Shown here one piece after another: positions 37,961 to 51,599 of a DNA stretch of 64,000 nucleotides (position 1 is its first letter; each line of letters begins with the position of its first letter). The DNA lies in the NCBI GenBank assembly GCA_008632985.1, contig QPGO01000219.1, positions 1 through 64,000 on the forward strand, in the 5' to 3' direction. Below the pieces are notes generated by a model that was not told the origin of the DNA, searched no databases, and worked only from the letters and a program-made list of their open reading frames with translations. A program made the translations under genes and the position numbers. Source of the stretch: Psammoneis japonica (Eukaryota).

Positions 37961-38929
37961 GAACAAGATTTTAGTTTGTTGCACACAAATGTGTGTGCTT
38001 TCAGTTCTGCACATGACACACAATGCAGTTTGCTTTTGAGCCACTTGGCTCATGAGAATTGTGGCAGTGGCACCCACATCATGACACCCCAGTCTTTGGG
38101 CTCCCACAACATTGTCTGCATGAGCATTCATCTGCTGTTTAGATGGCAGCAAGGAGTCATTGTTTTCTTCCACCCAGTCATCTTTGTTTTCTGTGAACTC
38201 ACATTCATGCTCACAAGGACTGCAACAGAGGCAACACTTTCACCCTGAAGAGCAAAGGACTTGATTGAACAGCAAAGAAAAGAGGTGGCATTGAAGACTG
38301 ACTGGTGTGGGCACAGCAAATGAATGATCAATGGACACTGGAGGATGACTCATGCTCACACTGGAAAGGGATCCAACAACAGAGGCAGTGCTTTCACCCT
38401 GAAGAGTGAGGGAAAAAGAAGCAGTGTTGAAGAGAACCCACTGGCATGGACAGAAGCAGTCTGGAGATGTGACATGCAGATTGTCAACAGTTTCTTCTGA
38501 ATCCTGCAGAACTTGAGCTGGAACCTGTGCAAAAAAGTTTCTGAGATGACAGAAATTTGAGAGAAACAACAACCAGTGTGTGAGCCACAAGGCTTCAACA
38601 CACACAATTTTCTGCTGAAAAATGTTGCTTGTCATGCTGCAGTTGGCAAATGTGGACAAAATGGGCTTGTTGGAGCCAACATGACACCATCTGAGAAGGG
38701 CAACATCAGTGCAAGAAGTTGTGCAGAAACCCGCATGGAGACCAGAATGTGCAGCTGACATCAAAAAGTGCAATTGCAAAAAGAACAGCTGCATGTTTGC
38801 CAAATGCACTGCACTCCAGTTCACCCTTCACCTGTGTGCTTTGTGGGGGGAGGCACACAACAACAGCCAGGATGCCATCAGGACAAAATTGTTGTGCTGC
38901 CTGGAGGTGTTGACAATGCCTCCACCAGC

Positions 38930-39170
38930 TGAGTGGTGCATGAGCAGCTGCACTGCCCTGGCAAGACATGTGCAGAAACATCCACTGCCCATCACTTCCA
39001 CTGGCCTGGCATCATGAGTGCTGCAGTGCACTCTGCATGTGTCAAGTGCAAACAATGCCAGGAGATGAAATGCCAGACACGGCATTGCAAGAAGCTGCCA
39101 GAAGTCCAAAAAGCAGCCAAAAGAATCCTGCGGGAGACCTTGTGTGTGGATGTGACATGGGGTCCCACCA
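38930..39170 (+). mobile_element. Gypsy integrase HHCC zinc finger and start of catalytic core
   Basis: HEQLHCPG.TCAET...HFHWPGI......CKQCQ..K...LP...RETLCVDV..GP. Confidence 0.75.
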
Positions 39171-39829
39171 AATTGAGTGATTTGGAAAAGACACTCTGCA
39201 ACAGTGAACAGCAACTGTGACTGCCCAGGCACCAGGAAGATTTGAGTGCCAAGATTGTGGAAGTGTCTGCCAAACATGATGCAGGTGTCACAGAGTCACC
39301 AGAGCAAATGTCATGAAGCAAACCTCCCTGGCCATGTGCAGGCATCCAAATCCACAGGCAAGCACTTCTGCAAAGTGCACACAACAGACACTTGGAAATG
39401 TGGTGTGCTCATTTTCAGTGTGGGACATGGAGTTGGACAAGGGGAAGGGCATCCTTTCAGCCATGGCTTCTGTCATGCATGCTGCATCACATGCCACTGC
39501 ATGGGCAAATCCCAAACAATTGGTCTTTGACATGATGCAGCTCTTCTGTCCATTGCCCTTTGTGCCAAGTGGTGGCACACCTGATGCAGAAAGCTGAAGC
39601 TGATGCACTCAAATGATGAATGCAAAAGCATGAAACAAAAGGAGTGCCAACACACCACAGGGCAGTTGGCACTTGTTGTCAAACAAGGGCAAAAAGACAA
39701 AACACAGAACTGGTTGTCATGCAGGTCCTGCCAGTGTTGTCAGCATGAGTGACAGCAACACTTTGCATCCACAAGATGGTGTGCTGACACAGACATGTGC
39801 AATCTGTGGCAGATTGTGCACTGCCATGC

Positions 39830-40570
39830 CACATCACATTTTTCTTGACGCAACAATGCAGATGAGCACTGATGGTTGATGTGCAGGAGTCATTGGCTCT
39901 CCCAAATTTGCGTGAGAGGCCAATGGATGAACATGATGACAGTGTGGTGGCAGCACTGTCAGCACTTTTCTGCTGCCATGCAACAGCACAATGTTGTCAT
40001 TGACATGACAGCACAGATGAGTGCCAATGGCTGGTGCATCAGAATGGCCCATTTTGCTCAAACTGCAGGAGCTCATCATTTTGTTCAAACTTGCATGAGA
40101 CTGGCACCACTTTCATGATGGTGTTGCAAGCACTTTTCTGCAGCCTTGTTGCAGGGTGTCTTTCTTTGTGACACAGATGAGTGCTGATGGCTGGCACAAG
40201 AAGAGAACAACCACTTTTGCTCAAATTGTGGGAGTCACTGGCTTGTTCAAATTTGAAGGAGAGACCAATGGTGCCAACACAATGACAACATGGTGGTGGC
40301 ATGTCAACACTTTCCCACAGCCGCGCCACAACAGCATGTCTTTCATGATGTGACAAGACTGCAGATGAGCATTGATGGCTGGTGTGAAGGAGAGCAGCCT
40401 GTTTTGCTCAAACCACAGGAGTTCATCACATTGTTGTTCAAGCTTGCATGAGACAGCCAACAGCATTTTTTTGCAATGATGATGTGGCGGAGTTGTCAGC
40501 ACTTTCTTGCAGCCTTGCCACAGTGTGTTTTTCTTGACAAGATGGCACAAATGATTGTTGACGAACATGT
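39830..40570. repeat. Degenerate tandem array, about 5 units of 155-188 bp
   Basis: Anchor cagatgag..(t)gatgg(c)tg at 39859, 40014, 40174, 40362 and a variant at 40548; shared ttttgctcaaa, ttgttcaa and cagcacttt motifs. Confidence 0.75.
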
Positions 40571-40749
40571 CATGTTCTGGCACACATCAGCAATTTGGAG
40601 ATGCGCTGGGCAGCAACAATGTTCCTGTTGTTGGCACACTGCCAAGGTGCACATGAAATGGTGGTTTGTGAGCTTGGCTGCTGCACCACCCCCACATGAG
40701 TGCCTCAGAACTGCCAAGCAAGAGTTGATCTTCAGATGGTCCTGATGCA

Positions 40750-43700
40750 TGATTTGGTCATTTTGGAAGACTGGCGGAGATTGTGCTTTGAATCCATGGG
40801 GCACCCTGCCTAAAAACAACTTCCATGTTGGCAACATCTGCTTTTTCAATTGCCACAAAACAAGTCTCAGCATGTGGTCCAAACACTCTGATGGCAGCAC
40901 ATGCACACTTGTGGGACATTGTCACATGCAGAGACAATGCTGCAGTTGCCATGAAGTGGCGGGAACTTCAAATGGTGGCCTCTGCTGTTGCACCATTGTA
41001 GAGTGCAGCATCTTCACTCCTCATGTCTCTTCATGATGTCTGCATGGTGCCTCACAGAATTGTGCATGGTGCATGCATGCATGGAGCCCCACATGGGGTT
41101 GCACTTGCACACCAAAATGAGCTCTTCAAGCTTTCCATCGCCATGACACCTTTTCCTGGAAAATGTTGGGTGAGTCATTGCATGAGCCCATTTGCAGGAC
41201 CTGTGTGTCTTGCACCACCTTCCTCATGGGCAGACAAGCATGCACATCTTTTGGCTGCCACCGTCAACAAGTCAAATGTGGCAGCATCCAGCATTGAGGA
41301 GATCTGATGATGTCGCCCACCACACAAAGCCTTCAAGCTCATGCAGCATGTCCTGGATGTGAGGAGTTGGGTGGGGCAATCTTTTGACCCCACTGTTGAG
41401 CTCCCAGAAATCACCAAGAAACCATGCCAGCACAAAATCTTGCTTTGGCAAGGAAAATGATGGAGCTGCACACTGCAGACACAGTTGGTTGTGCATCCAG
41501 TGATGAGAATTTCACAAATGCGCTCCACTTCCTTTCTCTTGGCATTGCCTCACATCCCCTTGGGGCTTTGCGAGGATGTCTGTTGTCAGCAACATGGCTC
41601 AGCATGATCCTCTTTAAGCTGGGTGTGGTGAGGACCCCCTTTCCATTCACCTGACATGCCATCAAACAAGGACTCACACTTTTTCAACAAACCAAGCAGC
41701 TTCACTTTCCAGTTGCTGTCAAGTCCTGTTGCTCCCTGCATTGTGTCCTCAAGGCATGCTGGCACATGCTTGGCATCTGAGATCTTTAAAATTCCATTGC
41801 TTTCTGAAAACAGTGGCTCTGGATCTTGAAAACAGATGGAGGTTTCTGCAGTGGCTTTTGTGCATTTAAATGGTGTCTTGTTGTCAACCTTTGGCCACTC
41901 CAGCATGTCTCATCCAACAACCATGTCAGGTTTGCCCAATGATCAGCTGTGTGTGTGGTGAACTTCACACACAAGTTCTGCAGTTGTGGACAATTCTGGC
42001 AACTGGAAATTGGTGGTGTGAGAACTGTGTGCCATCTTAACTCTTTGTTTGCCAGAATGGATTAGATTGGAATTTTTTGCATGGTGTGCAGACGCACATG
42101 TTTTTCATGACGTGCACCCACCACACACCACAAGGGTGGTGATGCCAACAGCCACAACAGCGTTGTTGCATTTGCCATTGTTGCAGAGCCACCATGGCAG
42201 GTGATGTCCTCCTCCATTTTCCAGTGGCATTTTTTTAATTTCAATGTTGTGGTTGCTGTCATTGCCAATTTTTCCTCTGCAACAATTTGACTGCATTCAT
42301 GTGGTCACTGTTGTTGTTGCTGTTTGAGACATTCCAACTGTGAGTTGTGCTTGGAATTGTGGAAGGGGGGCAAAAGAGATGCAAGCAAGCTTTTGTTTCA
42401 TGGTTAAAGCAAGACATGTTGTTGTCTCTTGCATTGTCATTCAGTGCTCAACACATTTAATGTGATGCCTTGGCATCACACACTGATGCATGTTTTCTGG
42501 CTGCACTCATTTGTTGCATCAGAACAAATGGAGAGCACTGTTGGTGGCATGACAGTGAACTGTCACAGCAATGCTTTTTGTTCAATTCAGGTGCAAGTGC
42601 TGCAGGAATGGCAGGATGCATGCCAGTTTAAAGAAGTCACTCTTCCTTTAAAAAGATCATTTGGAAACTGTTGTCGCACATGATGCTGTTGGATTTCAAG
42701 TGCAGATGGGGGGCAAAAGCAACAGATGCAGGCAAGCTTTTGTCATTTTTCAAAGTGAGTTTATGTTGTCTTTTTTTTGTTCAACAGATTCCATGCATCA
42801 CTTTCCAACACACATTTTTTACACCTCGGCACTGCACACTGATGCATGTGGTCAAATGTCTTCATTGCCTTCTTGTTGTGCACAAGGTCTTCTTCTTGCA
42901 CAGGCCTCTTCCTCCCTTTCTTTGGTTGACGGGTCTTTCCATGTGTGAGACCATGTTTGCTGAAAGAGCACCACTGCAAGGCACACACTCAATCAAGCCA
43001 CAGCACAGAGTGGTGCATGTTGTGTGACAGATGATGCACGTGCACATTGCCAATTTTAAACTGGCAGTTGCTGCACTTTGTTGCACCCAACATGTGTTTT
43101 AGATGTGTTGACGGCAACAATCTTAAATTGCATTGGCAGTCTTCTGTTCAGCTTTTCTTTTCTCATTGGCTGAGGGAGCCTTGTCTGCAGTGCCCATGGA
43201 CAGACATCTCCTTCCCCATGACTTCCTTGTCAAGATGCCTCTCAGAGGATCAGGGTGCAGGACATGTTCTTTGTGCATTGCATGTGAGCTTGTGCAAATG
43301 AACAAGAGACAAAAAGGCATTCAGTGGACAAACAGCAAAGGGCTGGTCTTCTGCAAATGGGTGCAACTAAGATCAGTGGAAGCTCACCTCATTTTCTTTT
43401 GTTGGACAGTGCAAGAAATGACGGGTGAAACAGCTGCAATTTCTGATGGCACTGGAGGTCAAGCAGTGGCTGGGGGAGCCACGCAGGACTCCAAATCAAA
43501 GGTGAGCATAAAGACATGCTTGCCATTGTCCATGTCCATCATGCCCATGCCACAAACAACCGTGATTTTGCACTGAAAAGTGGAAAACAGCAGCATGAAA
43601 AGCAAGGGCTGGCTGAGGGAATGTGAAATGCAAAAAAGGACAATCCAGCGTAACAGAACAACAGCATTGTGATGCACACTTGCCCATTGTTTGACAATCC

Positions 43701-45450
43701 ACCAGATTCCATCCTGCAGATGATGCAAATGACAACACCATTCTGTCAATGATGGTGGCTGGTTGCACCTGTCATGATGCAAGAAATGCTGATGCAACAG
43801 CCGGTGAGTCACAAAGTGAAAACAAGATGGCAACACAACAACACACCAAGTCAAGCCATCACAATGCACCTCGCCATGTCAGCAATCACTCCCCATGGCA
43901 TCGAGGTGCTGTCAATCACAATGACTCCAAACGGCAACATGCCACATTGGTTGTCTTTGTGTTGGATGCTCTGCAATGCGCCACATGAAAAAAAAAATGC
44001 GTGCGTGTTGCTGCAAGCTGCCTGCCACCATGTTTTTGGCTGTTGTGTGACTCAAAAGACATTTGCAGCACTTGGCATCAGGCAGCATGTGCTCCTGATG
44101 CCACCATCTGGCACTGCCTCAATTGTTTCAGGCTTGCCTTCACCATGCTTGGCATCCATGGCTGCAAACAAGATTGGCATCAGTCAGGTGTCTGTGCTTG
44201 ACGTGTGTGTGGGGTTGGCCAACAAGCGATGCACTGAACCCATTTGACTTGCACTGGCCTGCTTCTCAGGTGCCGTTGTCCTCCAAATCCTCATTGGAGT
44301 CACCCAGGGACAGGGCAAAGAAGTGATTTGGCTCCTCTTTGCAAGCCTTGCACACCACCCTGCAGCTCTCAAGCACACACTCAACTCTTGCTTTTGCAGC
44401 TTTGTCAAGCTCCTCATGAGTGTGCAGTTTCTGTGCAGCTGGCTTTCCATTGCTGTTCATGTGAAACATCTTGAGACATTTCACACCCCATGCCTCAAAC
44501 TGAGACATTCTTCCACATTGTGCACCTGGCATTGTCACCACCATGCAATGCCCAGCATTTGATGCCTTTCTCTCCTGACTGGCAACCCCAGCAATTGAGG
44601 AATGTCTCCATTCCATGGCCCTGGTGCTTCCTGCAGACCTTGGCATGACTTTCCTTGCCTTTGGCAGAGACAAGTTTGGCAACAGCATGTGTCCATGGGA
44701 CAAAACCCTGTGGGATCATCTGCCTTTGCCGTGTGTTTGAAGTGCTTCACTCAAATGAGTCAACCAGCAGCTCATCTTCTGGCAATGATGCAGGTGCAAA
44801 ACCATTGTCAATCACAGGCAGAAACAGCAAGATGTGGCCATTGACCTCATCCACTGGCCTTTCTTGTTGCACAGAGTTGCCTGTCTTCATGCCATTTGGC
44901 TTTGGCACAAAACATCACAGAGACAACATGCTTTTGCAGCACTGCTGCCTTGTGTGGGAAGATGCTTTTTGTGTCACCTTTGAGGCACACACCTTGAACA
45001 ACACACTGGCCTCCATCTGATGCCCTTTTAATGCACCATCATCAAATGCAGTCAAGACATTGCTTGTGAGCAACTGGTGCACAAGCAAAAACTTCTCCAG
45101 TCTGGTGGAACATTTTGCCCTGCCACAATGTGGCCTGCATTGTGCAGAAACACAATGATGGGTTTGCTCTTCAAACACACAACCCACAAAAAAGCACAGA
45201 ACACTCAGCTTGTGTGTTGGACTGGCTTCATCAACTGGCAATTTCCTGAGCTCACACATCTTGTGCTCTCCTTTTGACAGTGCCTTTTTCTCTGGATGTT
45301 CAAGCAGAGATGGCAGCTCAACCTGCTTTTTCATGGTTGGCTGACTTGCTGGTGCTGGTTTCAATGAGACATCATTGTGACCTTGCACATTTGCAGCAGC
45401 AATGTTGCTGTGCCTTGTGCACTGTCAGGTGATGAAAACAACAGGTTGTT
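40750..45450 (-). mobile_element. Ty3/Gypsy element: gag ~44270-45340, protease start ~44000-44130, ~1.9-kb unrelated insert, then protease end and RT ~40750-42030
   Basis: EHPEKKALSKGEHKMCELRKLP, LLKKCESLFDGMSGEWKG.PHH, KEVERICEI, KRLPHPTPHIQDMLHELEGF..ATSSDLLNAGCCHI (= ATSLDLNMGYYHI). Confidence 0.8.
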
Positions 45451-46799
45451 GAAAGTTGCGCCATGTTGTGGAGTTCATGAGACCAGCTTGTTTCTGAAAA
45501 AAATTGTGTGAATGGGGAGTTGTGCAAATTCCCTGTTGAATTGCTCTTTGGATCACATGTGGCCAACTGTGCCAAAGTTTCTCCAACTCCATTTGCACAC
45601 ATGATCATGAATGCATGCACCGCATGCCACTCTTGTGCAACATCATGATTGCATTGATGGCCTGTCAATGCACACACACCACATGCACAGAGGATGCTCA
45701 CATGCCAACACTGCTGCAGCTCTTGACAGTGATGGCAGCATGCTTTCTTCATGTCCCAGCTGTCTTCTTTCCAGCTGCAATGCCTTGACAGATTGATCTG
45801 GTTTCAGATCATTGTGTGCTGGATGGACCCCCATCTTTGGAGCTTCTCACACTGGCCAGCCAAAAAAAGCCATGCCACATTTTCCAGTTTGGCAACCCTG
45901 CCATCTCACTTGTGCACAATTTGGTGTGCATGAAGTTGGTGACCTGTGGCAAGGCATCACCACAATCAAGCATCTCCCAGTGTTCATCTCCATCTGATTT
46001 TTTGCTGTGATTGTGAACCCCATTTCTGGAAACAGCCTGTGAAGATGCGAGCACCACCATGGGTGGGAGGAATCCAGCTCCACTGGGAGCCAGGGTGGCA
46101 TTTGGTCCTTTTGTTTGCACTGGAGAGATTGGCACTGTCACCTTTCTGTCTGCAACAGCTCTTTCTTCTTTCAAAAATTGCAGAGCATCTTGCCATAAAA
46201 AATGGCAGTGCTCAACTCCGCATTTGCCACCATGACAAGTGACAACACACCTGGCAGCATTGCAACAGCCCCCCACTTGCACCATTTTGGACCACATGAG
46301 AAAGTCAATGAAGTCAATGTCATGTGCACCTCTGATTGGCAAGAAAGACATTGAAAGCCTCTTCCATTGAGTGCCCACCCAAGATGCTGGTGTTGATCTT
46401 GCCAGCAACATGACTCAGAGCACTTGAAAAAGAGCATTTGCAGAGATTGCCAAATCTTCCTTGGCATGTAATTTTCAGGCCTGGACAGGCTCTTGTCTCC
46501 ATTGCCCACAGTTTGCAGCCATCAAAGCTGTTGATTGTGGGCTGTTCAAAGCAGCAAAATTGCCTTGGTCAGCAACAGAGAGTCTTTTTGAAAAACAATC
46601 TCTGGGTGGGTTCTTTGTGCCATTGTTGACAGCTGGCAGATGCCAACAATGGTGCTTGTGTCATGGGAGCTTTGCAGCAGGGGAGACATGCAACCCAAAA
46701 GTGCTCACTCTGCAAAAGCTGCACAAACTCAGGCTCGCTCCACTGAGTGTGTGTCTTGACATGACTGTGTGTCTCAACTGTGGGTGACTCGTGTCATGA

Positions 46800-47700
46800 G
46801 CATTGTAGACTCATCTGGCTCCTGAGGTCATGTCTGGTGAGCAAAAGCTTCTGCTCATGGAAGACAACATTTGTGCATGTGTGTGAAGAGAGAGCACATT
46901 TCACAGGATGAGTCTTTTCATGACAACACATGTGCCAGCCCAGGTGAGCAGCTCTCACAGCTGTCAACAAGAACAACAAAGTTTGCAGCTGCTCAATGCC
47001 CCTTTCCCTGCTTTTGTGGCACATGAAAAAGGAGCAGGGGGTGAGCTGGGTTGTGAACAGGAGATGAAGTGCCTTGGGTTGCTCAGTCATCTCCAAGGTG
47101 AGCGAGTCAAGGATCAAGGAGAACCTTTGTCAAATGCAGTCAGCCGCACACCAGAGGGTGAAATGCAGAGAAATGGATGAGCCAGCTCACAAAAAGAGCA
47201 AAACAGCCAAGAACCCAGAGAGATGCTGGAGCTTGCGGCTCATTTGTTTCTTCACATGTGAAAGTGTCTGAGCCTTGGAAAGCCTTGACATCAGCTCTCA
47301 GAGCTGAGATGGTTGTGTTGGTGGTGGCGTTCCAACAGGAGGCAGTCTGACATTTTGACACTGGTGCACCATGTCCCAAAGGCAGCCACAATTTGTTTGT
47401 GTGTTGACTCAATGTTGCTCTTGCCTCTGTTGCAGTTGAGCAGATGCAATCCATGCTCATTCTTCATTGGCTCTCCTGCACTGTTCATGCACAAGGTGCA
47501 GAATGCAACACCTGGAGGGTCCAACAAGTGCCCAGCAAGGATGGCTTTCAACATGCCATTCTTGCTTTTTTCCATGCTCTCTGGTTGAATGGCATGGTGG
47601 CTGTCCAGTTTGACTGTCAATCTTTGAGCCCAGCAGCACATGCACTGCTTTTTCCTGGGCTTCTTGTCTTTTGATCCAACCTTTCTTCCAGGTGGCATCA
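46800..47700 (-). mobile_element. Relic of a transposase-like protein (DPPG...C.RG.N..E..H family)
   Basis: LLDPPGVAFC...NEHGLHLLNCNRGKSNIESTHKQIVAAFGTW...ERHHQHNH, and MPPGRKVGSKDKKPRKK. Family recalled from motif memory, not searched. Confidence 0.5.
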
Positions 47701-49686
47701 TTGCCAATTGTTGATGAAAGGTCATTGCGATTGGACTGTTGCAGGAAAACTCATGCAATGACATCAACAAGAAGACAATGGTGATTGACACCAGATGACG
47801 CAATGTTCGCTGCCTCTTGCTTGAAGAATGTTGGTGCATCTTTTGCACTGCACAAACCTTCACCAGCAAAGTGAGCATGACATTTCAGTTTTGTGACTTC
47901 TGATTGGTTCTTGCCATTTTTCTTTTGCTCGTTGCACAATTTTTGCACAACTGTGTTGGTGCAAAAGCTGCACGCAAGACTGCAAGCTCTCAAGCAAAAG
48001 TTCCAGTGACATGCACTGTGAGCCCTTTCTTTTAGTCTGTTCCCTCTCTCTAGAGAGTGCATGCCTTCACAGGGCATTTTGTTCACATGCAGCAGCTGCT
48101 GCTGGGCGGGCTGTGCTGGCGGGAGCTGCTGACTCCTCCTCACTTGGCTGTTGCTTTTTGCTGGGGGGGGGGGGGGCTCTGTGCCGCTGCTCTGGCTGCT
48201 GCTGCCAGCCAGAGTGCCACTGCTGCGGCTCGTCAATCGGCCATGACAGAAGCAATGAGCAGAGCGGGTGTGTGATGTGCTGATGCAGCCCCAGTCATCA
48301 TCCTTTTGAATGATGAGCAAACTGCTGTGACTGCACATTGAAAAATCATGTCTGGGATGCCCATGACCAAGCCAGAAGAGAAGGCACATGGCAAGTTGGT
48401 GGCTGGCAAAGCTCTTGTGACTCCAGAAAGAGGTTGTGCTCTCACAGCACACCAAAGCTTGCTTCCAGCAGCTCAGCACCTGAACATTGTCATGGGGACA
48501 CTGAAAGTGATGGGGGTGATGACCATTTTTTTGACACCCTCAGAAAAATGGTGGCTGGCATGGACAGACAAATGGTCAATGGGAAAGGCATGACTGACCA
48601 AGAAAACAATGCCTGTGGAAAGCTGGTCTCTGGAGTTGTGCTTGCATCTGATGAAGAAGATTGCGCTGCTGCCGCTGACAGGATCCAGCACTTGTTGATG
48701 AATCTCCAAGCATGTGTGAAAGCACCGGAGCTTGCTGTGGAGATGTCTCTCTGCTGCTGTGCACTGCATCTGTCAAATGAGACCATCACAAGCATGTGCT
48801 CCATGACCTCTTTGCCAAGCTGGGCAATCATCTTTGCAGCTTTGGTGTTTGGTGCAGAGCTCCCAGCACAATGCTTTGCTGAGGTGCCAAGGTCACATGG
48901 GCAAGAGGAGCAGCAGCATCAGCAGCAAAAAGCAGCTCTGCTGTGTGTTGGAGCACCAAGCAGCCAGAGCAACAACAACAAAAAGAAAAGATGAAAAGAG
49001 CACAAGTTGACAGGCGTGCATCATCTGAGGTGGCCAGAAATGATCTCCAGTGTGTGCCAGCACCAGACAGGCAGCACCAGCAGAAGCAGGGCAAGAAAGC
49101 AAAGGCTTGCTGTGGTGAGGATAGCATGGACAAAGTCAAGAAGCCACACAGAGAGAAGCAAGCCAACTTGGTGCAGCCTTGGCACCAGGTGATGGCTCGA
49201 GAGTGCACATCATCATGCACGGCCACTGCTTGTGAGGTGCCAAGAGCAGCAGCTGTGCTGGCCAGCTCCAAGCTCCTGCAAGAGCTTGGCTGGCCTCTCA
49301 TGTTGCCAACTCAGAACACTTTGTGGCGGAGTTGAAAAGCAAGGTGCTTTGACCATTGTGTGCAGCATGGCAGCAGCTGGAAGGAAGTGGGCAAGACAAG
49401 CTTGCTCTCTCACACTGCAAAAGAAGAAACAACAACAGAGAGACAGGAAACAAGCAACAGCTGACAATGGCAATTCTTTCTGCTTGGAATGCCATCACAT
49501 TTTCTGTGTTCACTGTCCTCGTTGCTTGCATTGGACTGGTGACATTTTTGCCACAAGATCTGACAAAGGGGCAATGTGTGATGACACAAAAAGCACAAAA
49601 ATCACCCCCTCCCCCCAATTAAGGTGTTTGCAGAACAAAGGGGTGAAGGTGCGACAATTTGATTTTTCAGGATTTTTTCCACTGTG

Positions 49687-49712
49687 CTAGAAACGCGTGG
49701 CGTGCCACGTGC
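49687..49712 (-). mobile_element. Possible Helitron-type 3' terminus (GC hairpin followed by CTAG)
   Basis: Minus strand gcaCGTGGC-ac-GCCACGcgttt-CTAG. Confidence 0.3.
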
Positions 49713-50216
49713 CTCGTTGCCAAAAATCGGAGACGTGACAGTGGTGCATTGTTGCAACCACAGTGATGACAGCAACACATGTGTCCCAGAGTCTTTTGTC
49801 AACACAGACATTTAGTTTGTTGAGTTTAAGAATGCACTCAGTCATGAAAGTCCCCACGAGCAACCTCTGTTTGAAAGCAAAGCAACGACCTGTTAATCAC
49901 ATCCTGTCCTCTGACCCATGCACTGCACGGTACAAAATTTGTGGCATGCAGCACACAACGCAATTCAATTGCCAAATTGATGACCTTCCACATCAGCGCT
50001 GTCATTGTGTGGTGTCCACATCCACATTGTTTGTTTGATGACCTGCCCTGGCCCGCCCAGGGACACAAACAGTCTGTCCAGTCAGACACCCTGGCCTGGG
50101 TGAACAAATGATGATGGGACACTGCGCACTGTAGCCAGGGTCGACTTCAGTGCTCAGTGTTCTGTGGACAAGCACACCAAGGCATGTCAATGAGTGTCAA
50201 GTGTTTCACGAATGAT

Positions 50217-50230
50217 GGGGAGTGACAAGT
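50217..50230 (+). mobile_element. Possible copia PPT/LTR junction (ggggagTGACAAG)
   Basis: Same motif as follows the copia RNase H at 37944. Confidence 0.35.
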
Positions 50231-51599
50231 CGCACAAAAATCAGCACTCAAAAGGTTCTGAGCTGCAAAAAAAAAGATGCACTGGCACACTGCTGGGATT
50301 GTGTTGCTGTTGTTGTTGTTGTTGTTGTTGTGGTCAGGGTCCCCCATCAGTTTCTTTGCATTGCAGCACAAACTGGAGCACACATGTGGTCATGATCTGA
50401 ACCTGGTGCAAATGATGGAAGAGCTTCAGCCAATCCTCTTGTCTGCAGCATTGTTTCTAGCAGCATCCCTCTGTTTTGTTGGGTTGGAAAGGTTGGGCAC
50501 CAATCGTGACAAGTGCTGGACCAATCATGCCATGCCGAATTGTAAAAGAAGTGTGAGAAACCTTGTTGTTGTCAAAGTGACTCAGCAAAGAAAGTGTGTC
50601 TGCCCTCTGATCCAGGTGCTTTCTTCAAAGGCCTGCTCAAATTCAGGTGCACTGATGATTGTGTGAATGTGCAGAAGCTGTGTCACAAAATCACAAAGAC
50701 TTTGTGAGGATTTAGAGAGGCAGCTCTCCCCACCACCTGCTGACCACTTAAAAATGGAAGCATTGGAACAGATGAAATGTGAAATGACAAGGGTGAATGG
50801 TTTGTGGCTGCAGGACAAACAGCATTTGTCAGCTGCAAGCAGACCTCCTCACAGTGCTGCTCATGCACTTCATTGCACAACATGTGTGTGCATCGTCCAA
50901 AAATTTGATGACACACATGACAGTGTGTCACTTCCAACCGGAAACCCTTGCTGCCACTCAAGCAAAATCCAACATTGATTCTTGTTGTGTGCTGCAGCAC
51001 TTTCATCTCCTTTTCACTCCCAACAACAGTCACTCACACCCGCTGATGGAAGAAGTCGAAAGCATTTGTGAATGCAAAGCCCAAAGACAGCATGGCCAGT
51101 GGCAACCCTCGTGCAAGGCAGTCTTTGTGGCATGCTTTGGATCCGCAAAATGTCTTGTCCAAGGAGGAGCTTCACACCTCCAAGCAAGTGTGCATCATGA
51201 TTGCATTGTTTTCCGGGAAGCAGATCGGCAGTCATGCTTTCCACCTCAATGCAGGGAGTTGCTGGCACCAAAATTCACTGATGTCATGTTCAATGAGAAG
51301 TGCAACACAGCTGGCCTGTTTCTCCATGTCACCTTCATCAGAATGTTTTGTGGAAACAGCGCACTCACCATTGAGACTGAGACGTCCAAGTTCTTTGCTT
51401 CATTTTTGAGGCATCATCCGTTGCTGCCACACTGCTGGACATGCTTGATCTGCTGTGCTTGGGGAAGTGCCAGGATGCCAGCACCTTCTCTGTGGTGGCG
51501 GTGGTTGGTGGGCCGCACCCACCACTCCCATTGTGCGTCAAGTTATCAATGCTTTCACCTTTGAAAAGTTGGCACCTGCTGCATTGGAGACAAAGAAGT

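Noticed and set aside
39830..40570. CRISPR-like array
   Set aside because: Units are long and similar along their whole length, with no identical short repeat and unique spacers, and the context is eukaryotic.
50305..50331. (TGT)n tract, and (GCT)n at ~19704-19727
   Set aside because: Ordinary microsatellites.
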